From positions 1 through 12,509 of the IMG/VR virus record IMGVR_UViG_2609460344_000006: DNA of 12,509 nt; one strand, 5' to 3'. Position 1 is the first letter of the stretch. The number at the start of each line of letters is the position of its first letter. The stretch comes from a virus (taxonomy: Duplodnaviria > Heunggongvirae > Uroviricota > Caudoviricetes). Below are positions 7,559 to 12,374 of the stretch, one piece after another. Under the pieces are notes generated by a model. It was not told the DNA's origin. It made no database searches and saw only the letters and a program-made list of their open reading frames with translations. A program made the translations under genes and the position numbers.

Positions 7559-8052
7559 CCCGGAAGCCCGGGGATTGTGATCTGCAACTGGTTAGCCAGG
7601 GAGTTAATCTCAGCGATCAAACCAGGTTTCGTGTAGCGCCATGCCGCAAGGACTTGCCCGCAGAAGCTCGCCATATCTTTTTTCTGATCAAACTCATGAC
7701 ACTTCATATTGAGCTGCGCACTTAAGCTGTTGCGATGCTGAAGTTCTCCGGTGAAGTAGTCATCCAGGACTTTATAGGCTGCATATTTAAATCCGGGGTT
7801 TAGCCATGTTGCATAATCATAAGCAACAAACTTCCCGCCATATGTTCCACCGTGTACACCGCGCTCAGTAAAAACCACAGATTCGTGGTTTTTCTCCAGC
7901 TCGGCTAAGAACTCTTTGGTCTGCTTGTTTCGCAGGTAGTGGTACGGAGATTCAGATTCACTTTTACCACTGGCTTTCCACATATCAGTGAGGCAGATCA
8001 TGCCATCTTCAGCGACACGGATTGGCTGATTGAAGAGGGTTAATGATTTCAT
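7498..8052 (-). CDS. KilA-N domain DNA-binding protein (Roi/antirepressor-like)
   Basis: From ATG 8052 the sequence MKSLTLFNQPIRVAEDGMICLTDMWKASGK...YLRNKQTKEFLAEL...GGTYGGKFVAYDYATWLNPGFKYAAYKVLDDYF is typical of KilA-N. I reject the upstream 23 codons of the track ORF. The tail PGLPGCVIVSLNAPPERGATSQRS looks out of frame. Confidence 0.85.
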   Translation of the reverse strand: MKSLTLFNQPIRVAEDGMICLTDMWKASGKSESESPYHYLRNKQTKEFLAELEKNHESVVFTERGVHGGTYGGKFVAYDYATWLNPGFKYAAYKVLDDYFTGELQHRNSLSAQLNMKCHEFDQKKDMASFCGQVLAAWRYTKPGLIAEINSLANQLQITIPGLPGCVIVSLNAPPERGATSQRS

Positions 8053-8202
8053 GTCGTATACCTGTTCTTTGAAATGAACCTTTGCCGCATAGGAAACCAG
8101 CCCACCGAGGCTCGCCAGCACTAACGGGTATCCTCAAAGGCCCATTCCAAAGGGTCAGGTTCGGTGGTTATTGTGCGCTGCGGTGCGCGGTGAAATATCT
8201 GT

Positions 8203-8228
8203 ACAAAAATGCCCCGCATCTGCGAGGC
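8203..8228 (-). terminator. Intrinsic terminator after the 83-aa gene
   Basis: Minus-strand RNA reads GCCUCGC-AGAU-GCGGGGC followed by AUUUUUGU. The U-G wobble works only on the minus strand. It is a near-copy of the terminator at 9888-9913. Confidence 0.7.
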
Positions 8229-8251
8229 TTTTAGCATGTGGAAAAGGTAGT

Positions 8252-8503
8252 TTATCGTCGCTCTTCAAGATAAGGATCTATGTTGCTAACTTTTTTGTAC
8301 TTCGGATCCTGCGGTAGTCGAACGGCGGGATCATATACAAGCCATATAGATTCAGACTTGCCATCTGAACCATCTGTGTTTTTACATGAGCGTAACTTGT
8401 AATGAATGATTCTATCTACGTCAGCGTACTCGGAGGTTGCATAAACTTCATATTTATTATCTCCGTGGCAAAGAATAGTTTTAACTAATTTTGTAGATGA
8501 CAT
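8252..8503 (-). CDS. Hypothetical 83-aa protein in AT-rich DNA
   Basis: ATG 8503 with AAGGAG 5 nt upstream. MSSTKLVKTILCHGDNKYEVYATSEYADVDRIIHYKLRSCKNTDGSDGKSESIWLVYDPAVRLPQDPKYKKVSNIDPYLEERR. No family recognised. It has its own terminator. Confidence 0.7.
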   Translation of the reverse strand: MSSTKLVKTILCHGDNKYEVYATSEYADVDRIIHYKLRSCKNTDGSDGKSESIWLVYDPAVRLPQDPKYKKVSNIDPYLEERR

Positions 8504-8589
8504 GTCTGCTCCTTTGTAATTGATGGGTATGACATATGACCACCAATAACAGTGCCATATTTCTGGTGATTATTGCAGCAACGAAATTA

Positions 8590-8620
8590 CAAGCCCACCC
8601 GTAGATGGGCTTTGTAATGG
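8590..8620. repeat. Right copy of the 31-bp hairpin-containing direct repeat
   Basis: caagcccaccCgtagatgggctttgtaatgg. It lies 30 nt downstream of the stop of the 67-aa gene. Confidence 0.9.
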
Positions 8621-8650
8621 AGAGTCGTTGTGAAAGTGGCTCTCAGACTG

Positions 8651-8854
8651 TCATTTTTTCCCTTTCTGTTTACCTGCCCACTGTTTTGCAATGTACAGGC
8701 AGTCATCGAAAATTCGGCCTTTTCTGCTGGCTTGTGAACAACGACGATAATGCTCTACGGCCATATCGGCACCCATTAAGGCGACATTGGGATCATATCC
8801 CTGTTTCACTAGGACGCTTTTCACATTACAGTGGATGAATTGGATCGGGTTCAT
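8651..8854 (-). CDS. Hypothetical 67-aa basic protein translationally coupled to the Bro-N gene
   Basis: The ATG at 8854 overlaps the Bro-N stop (ATGA at 8851-8854). MNPIQFIHCNVKSVLVKQGYDPNVALMGADMAVEHYRRCSQASRKGRIFDDCLYIAKQWAGKQKGKK. No family recognised. Confidence 0.7.
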   Translation of the reverse strand: MNPIQFIHCNVKSVLVKQGYDPNVALMGADMAVEHYRRCSQASRKGRIFDDCLYIAKQWAGKQKGKK

Positions 8855-9423
8855 GCCGACTCTCCATCAGGAAAGTCTCCTAGATCAGGAATTGATAATT
8901 GGGTCAATTGCAAGGCAATCTCTGTAGCTTTCTTGATCAATTTAATGTCACGCTTACGCTGTGCCATCAAACCACTACCTTTTTTCCCGCGATATTTGAG
9001 AGACTTTTTGTCAAACACATCTATCGCATCAAGCATTTTTTGCCCCGCAAGCTGCGGCAATGTCTCTAGATTCAAATGCCCAACCTCAACACCAGACTCT
9101 CTTTCGGCCAAATCAAGAAGCCAGATACGAAGCTCTTTAGCTATCTTGGTTCGCGACATCATGCCAATAAGGTGCGCCCCTCGAGGAGAAAACAATCGAA
9201 CCTGAGTGTAATCTATCATGCTGTTTTTATTACACTTCCTCACTTTGGTCACAATTGTCATGCTATCTGTAAACTCATCTTTATGACGATTGTAGATATT
9301 GGAAACCTTATTTGAATTCGCATAACCAAGCAGATCTGCCAATGCCTCAGCGGTAAACCAAATCTTCCCATCACCATTATCAAATGGAATCACGGTATTG
9401 TTTTTGAACGTCAGTTCGTTCAT
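8851..9423 (-). CDS. Bro-N domain protein (prophage antirepressor-like), 190 aa
   Basis: The true start is probably ATG 9423, with AGGAG 8 nt upstream. MNELTFKNNTVIPFDNGDGKIWFTAEALADLLGYANSNKVSNIYNRHKDEF...RLFSPRGAHLIGMMSRTKIAKELRIWLLD fits the Bro-N pattern. The basic C-terminal ~75 aa are unassigned. Confidence 0.85.
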   Translation of the reverse strand: MNELTFKNNTVIPFDNGDGKIWFTAEALADLLGYANSNKVSNIYNRHKDEFTDSMTIVTKVRKCNKNSMIDYTQVRLFSPRGAHLIGMMSRTKIAKELRIWLLDLAERESGVEVGHLNLETLPQLAGQKMLDAIDVFDKKSLKYRGKKGSGLMAQRKRDIKLIKKATEIALQLTQLSIPDLGDFPDGESA

Positions 9424-9560
9424 TGAGCGTACTCCTATAGAAATGAGCCTCGTTGCCCAGAAACGCCGCCCGCAGAGAGGTCGCCACCTATAACGACGGT
9501 TCTCCAAGGCTCATTTCTGTAAGGCTCTGCGATTTACATGCGCCGGGCATGGCGCAGATA

Positions 9561-9593
9561 TAAAAAAACCACCAACGCGGTAAGCGCCAGTGG
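9561..9593 (-). terminator. Intrinsic terminator in the spacer between Rz and the Bro-N gene
   Basis: Minus-strand RNA reads CCACUGGCGC-UUACC-GCGUUGGUGG (10 bp, three of them G-U pairs) followed by UUUUUUUAUAU. The wobble pairs make it specific to the minus strand. Confidence 0.6.
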
Positions 9594-9594
9594 C

Positions 9595-9681
9595 TTATTG
9601 ATACAGCCTCAAATTAATTGCCAGCACCGAGGTACCCACCCACAGAAGTTTCCCCTCGTTTTGGGGTGAGCTAGTCAACAT
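9595..9681 (-). CDS. Candidate 28-aa small protein (MLTSSPQNEGKLLWVGTSVLAINLRLYQ)
   Basis: Found by reading the sequence; it is below the ORF-track size cutoff. GGGGAG lies 5 nt before the ATG, and the stop TAA directly abuts the terminator stem at 9593. The Shine-Dalgarno sequence is the 3' arm of the hairpin CUCCCC-AAAACU-GGGGAG. Confidence 0.35.
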   Translation of the reverse strand: MLTSSPQNEGKLLWVGTSVLAINLRLYQ

Positions 9682-9887
9682 TTGCACTCCCCAGTTTTGG
9701 GGAGCTCAAACGTTCAACGATGATGCTGCAGATGCGTTCATACCGGCTTTACCTTTTAGTGATGAACCTTGTCACACAGGATTCCGGCCCACAGAAAGGC
9801 ACCGATCACCAAACCGGCATCCTCAAGGGTCATCCTGAAAGGTTCTGTGTTAATAAGTCGCGCGTGTGAAGCGCATTTACTGAGGAC

Positions 9888-9913
9888 ATAAAAAAGCCCC
9901 GCTTCTGCGAGGC
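9888..9913 (-). terminator. Intrinsic terminator downstream of Rz/Rz1
   Basis: Minus-strand RNA reads GCCUCGC-AGAA-GCGGGGC followed by UUUUUUAU, about 45 nt after the Rz stop. Confidence 0.7.
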
Positions 9914-9955
9914 ATTTTCCTGAAAGTCACTTGTTAAATTTCAGTGAAGTTAAAA

Positions 9956-10399
9956 TTATTTTAAGCACTGAGTCCTGATGTACTCCTGCAGGTAGTTAAC
10001 CTGCGCGGTTATCTTGTCGATTCCACTTCGGAGACGGTAATAATTGAGTTCAGCATCTGCTGTAAGTCTTGGGCTTTCTCCATCGCCCATGCTGCTGGCT
10101 CCGGTAGTTGACTTTGCACAGGTGGCGGCGACTTGCAGGCGCTTACGCCCAGCAGAAACATCAGCACGGAGACTTTCAATAGTCGCGTTAGCATCAGCAA
10201 GCTCCTTTGTGTATCTGGTGTCAAGTTCTGCTACATCACGTTGCCGCTTCTGCATATCAGCGATGATGGATGTGGCTTTATCGCGCTGCGCTTTGTAGGT
10301 AATCGCGTTATCACGGTAATGGTCTGTTGCCATCCACAGCGCACCACAGGCCACCAGCAGAATAACGATAAACGCGGAAAGCATTCGGTTTATGTTCAC
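9956..10399 (-). CDS. Rz: i-spanin Rz
   Basis: It has an N-terminal TMD (SAFIVILLVACGALW) and then HYRDNAITYKAQRDK...MQKRQRDVAELDTRYTKELADA...RLQV, which closely resembles lambda Rz. The GTG at 10399 overlaps the upstream stop (GTGA). ATG 10384 is an alternative start. Confidence 0.9.
   Translation of the reverse strand: MNINRMLSAFIVILLVACGALWMATDHYRDNAITYKAQRDKATSIIADMQKRQRDVAELDTRYTKELADANATIESLRADVSAGRKRLQVAATCAKSTTGASSMGDGESPRLTADAELNYYRLRSGIDKITAQVNYLQEYIRTQCLK
10009..10194 (-). CDS. Rz1: o-spanin Rz1 lipoprotein, embedded in the +1 frame of Rz
   Basis: MLTRLLKVSVLMFLLGVSACKSPPPVQSQLPEPAAWAM... has a lipobox-like LGVSAC and a proline-rich mature part, and lies wholly inside Rz. This is the classic embedded spanin architecture. 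Confidence 0.8.
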   Translation of the reverse strand: MLTRLLKVSVLMFLLGVSACKSPPPVQSQLPEPAAWAMEKAQDLQQMLNSIITVSEVESTR

Positions 10400-10527
10400 C
10401 CCAGCAACCCCGACGAAGACAACATCATCCAGGCCATGGAAAGAAAAAGAGCAACCAGCATTAGTGAAAATGAAATGCCGACAATTACACAGAGGATCTT
10501 CGCCAGCGTTATGAGTTTGTCTGACAT
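10396..10527 (-). CDS. 43-aa single-TMD membrane peptide between the endolysin and Rz
   Basis: ATG 10527 is preceded by GGGAGGA 6 nt upstream. MSDKLITLAKILCVIVGISFSLMLVALFLSMAWMMLSSSGLLG. Its stop overlaps the Rz GTG. I reject the N-terminal 30 codons of the track ORF. Confidence 0.6.
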   Translation of the reverse strand: MSDKLITLAKILCVIVGISFSLMLVALFLSMAWMMLSSSGLLG

Positions 10528-10541
10528 GCTTAATCCTCCCT

Positions 10542-10724
10542 TCACGATTTCAACGCAATGACCAGTTTTGCCAGCCCATACAGCATCGGGGACACAGCAA
10601 CACCGACCGCCACCCACTTAATGGCAAAAGCCAGTGCTCTGCTGATGTCATCAGTTACAGGCGCTTTCAGTTCAAGGCCATTTTTCATAGTCAACCTCAA
10701 CAGAATTCGTTTATACTTCGCCAT
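10542..10724 (-). CDS. 60-aa protein with a basic N-terminus and a C-terminal TMD, between the endolysin and Rz
   Basis: ATG 10724 is preceded by GGGAGA. MAKYKRILLRLTMKNGLELKAPVTDDISRALAFAIKWVAVGVAVSPMLYGLAKLVIALKS. There is a 14-nt gap, carrying a strong Shine-Dalgarno sequence, before the next gene. Confidence 0.55.
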   Translation of the reverse strand: MAKYKRILLRLTMKNGLELKAPVTDDISRALAFAIKWVAVGVAVSPMLYGLAKLVIALKS

Positions 10725-10757
10725 GTTCTCCCTTGCCTTACTCAAGGTCAGAAACAC

Positions 10758-10800
10758 AAAACCCCGCTTGGTGCCAACAAACGGGGTTTTTACTTTTATT
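10758..10800. terminator. Bidirectional terminator-like hairpin between the endolysin and the small membrane genes
   Basis: AAAACCCCG-N15-CGGGGTTTT. The plus strand continues TTTTTACTTTTATT and the minus strand continues UUUUGUGUUUCUG. Confidence 0.6.
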
Positions 10801-10880
10801 CACTTACGTTTCGCCAGTTCGCAGGATTTCGTGTTATCCGCCCGCGTGGCCATACCTTATTTTTCAGCAAAATATTCTGC

Positions 10881-11414
10881 TTATCTGTCGATTCCCCAGC
10901 ACGCCAGCGCGCTCTCCTGGTCACGACGGGATACCTGACCATAACAGTTATTTGAGCGGATACGGCAGTCTCTGCCACCGTCCTTAATCCACCAGCGAAT
11001 CGCCTCACACGCTCCCCTGCGATCACCTGCATTAATTCGTTTATAAAACGTCGACGGGAAACACTTACCGGGACCAATGTTGTACGGACAGAATGACGCG
11101 ATCCCCGCTTTCTGGGGTTCACTCAATGGCACTCTGATGTTTTTCTCCACCCATGCCAGCGCCTTATCACGCTCAATGGCGTTAACCCGGTCGCATTTTT
11201 CCTTCGACAACTTCATGCCCGGAACGACAGGTTTGCCATCCACCAGGATGGCACCGCGGCAGATGGTCCAGATACCCGCGCCATCACGGTATGCCGTGGT
11301 GTGGTTACCTTCCTTTTCATCCAGAAACTGGTCGAGGATTTCAGGCGCAGGCGCACCTGCGGCAATCAGCGCCAGAACGGCAGCCGACAGGCCGTATTTG
11401 ATTTTGGTGTTCAT
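10881..11414 (-). CDS. rrrQ: SAR endolysin, T4-lysozyme family (RrrQ-like, 177 aa)
   Basis: It has an Ala/Gly-rich N-terminal signal-arrest-release segment (YGLSAAVLALIAAGAPAP). The catalytic E-8-D-5-T spacing is present in EGNHTTAYRDGAGIWT. The sequence is close to what I recall of the Qin prophage RrrQ. Confidence 0.95.
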   Translation of the reverse strand: MNTKIKYGLSAAVLALIAAGAPAPEILDQFLDEKEGNHTTAYRDGAGIWTICRGAILVDGKPVVPGMKLSKEKCDRVNAIERDKALAWVEKNIRVPLSEPQKAGIASFCPYNIGPGKCFPSTFYKRINAGDRRGACEAIRWWIKDGGRDCRIRSNNCYGQVSRRDQESALACWGIDR

Positions 11415-11464
11415 GGATATTTATCAGGGTTTATCGATTTCAAATCCCTGGATATGTTAAGTCT

Positions 11465-11809
11465 TCAGGCCAGCGGTGGAGTCTTCAGAGAACCAGTAAT
11501 TATTCCCGGTAGTTTTCCTCTGTAGGTTATCAACACATCCTGCGCCTCTAAAATTACGGGGCGCTTTTCCGGCAACGGACCATCCCCTTCACATAACCCG
11601 GCAGCAACATCCATGAAAAACTGCTTCGCCTGCTTTTTCGCCTCAGCTTCGTAAAACTCCAGCGTGGCATCTTCAGTACGGTCAAGACTAATCGCCACAT
11701 CTGGCAACAACAGTGACGGATACCCACCAATTTCCAGTGCCACAGTAACAGTAATCTTATTCGGGTAATTATTTATCCCTTTAACAACCAGTTCGTATTT
11801 TTTCTTCAT
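11465..11809 (-). CDS. ydfR: DUF1327 (YdfR-like) protein inserted between the holin and the endolysin
   Basis: 114 aa, MKKKYELVVKGINNYPNKITVTVALEIGGYP... The start lies 4 nt after the holin stop, with GGGGAGAG upstream. It occupies the same position as ydfR in the Qin order essQ-ydfR-rrrQ, as I recall it. Confidence 0.8.
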   Translation of the reverse strand: MKKKYELVVKGINNYPNKITVTVALEIGGYPSLLLPDVAISLDRTEDATLEFYEAEAKKQAKQFFMDVAAGLCEGDGPLPEKRPVILEAQDVLITYRGKLPGIITGSLKTPPLA

Positions 11810-11813
11810 CGCT

Positions 11814-12029
11814 TTACTCTCCCCGCGCCGCCTTACGACGGTCCTCTCTGATTTTGAAATACAGGTTAGTCAGATATGTCAGCAGCCCAAACAGCAGACT
11901 CCCCAGTACGCCTATTGCCGCCCACTGAGACGGGGAAACCCTGTCCAGCAACTGCAGGAACCAGTAGCCCGTTCCCACCGCTGACGTGGTGTATGACACA
12001 CCTGTTGTGATTTTTTCCATCTGGTACAT
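11814..12029 (-). CDS. essQ: Class II pinholin, S21/EssQ-like (71 aa, dual start at Met1/Met4)
   Basis: [71 protein letters not shown] is near-identical in pattern to phage 21 S. It has two TMDs, the first rich in Gly/Ser/Thr, and a basic C-terminus. Confidence 0.95.
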   Translation of the reverse strand: MYQMEKITTGVSYTTSAVGTGYWFLQLLDRVSPSQWAAIGVLGSLLFGLLTYLTNLYFKIREDRRKAARGE

Positions 12030-12104
12030 ACCCCGTCTCCCGCAATCCGGAAGCTCACAACAACAAGTGGGGCATCAGCTCACACCGACACCCCCTGCGC
12101 ATGG

Positions 12105-12374
12105 TTACATCATCATTTCGCCGTCAGGCTGAGGCTCACTGCTACCATCAGGCTGAGACCCGACGCCATCTGAAACAGCACTGTCATCCGCAATGCCTTC
12201 CGGCTCCGGAACAGTCGGTGCGCCCAGCAGTTCATCCAGAATGGCATCCACTTCTGCATCAAGACGCGCCTCAAGGTTCTGCCGAAGTTGCTGTTTCAGT
12301 GCGCTTCTGACTTCTTCAGAGCGCAGGACTTCCTTCACTGCTTCAGCAGTGACCAGCGATTTTATTTCTGACAT
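12105..12374 (-). CDS. Small acidic hypothetical protein upstream of the holin (89 aa)
   Basis: The likely start is ATG 12374 (MSEIKSLVTAEAVKEVLRSEEVRSALKQQLRQNLEARLDAEVDAILDELL...), and the tail is acidic and Pro/Gly/Ser-rich. I recall similar ORFs upstream of S in E. coli lambdoid prophages. The Shine-Dalgarno sequence is weak (GAGAAA). Confidence 0.7.
   Translation of the reverse strand: MSEIKSLVTAEAVKEVLRSEEVRSALKQQLRQNLEARLDAEVDAILDELLGAPTVPEPEGIADDSAVSDGVGSQPDGSSEPQPDGEMMM

Noticed and set aside
8605-9315. Plus-strand ORFs 8605-8838, 8831-9205 and 9076-9315.
   Set aside because: They are antisense to the Bro-N gene and the 67-aa gene. They have no ribosome-binding sites and their composition is unremarkable. 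The minus-strand genes have domain and coupling evidence.
9538-9672. A plus-strand 44-codon ORF (MRRAWRRYKKTTNAVSASGLL...) in the spacer after Rz.
   Set aside because: It has no Shine-Dalgarno sequence. It runs antisense through a minus-strand terminator. Its sequence is basic and of low complexity. The minus-strand mini-ORF with a ribosome-binding site and a terminator is the more coherent reading.
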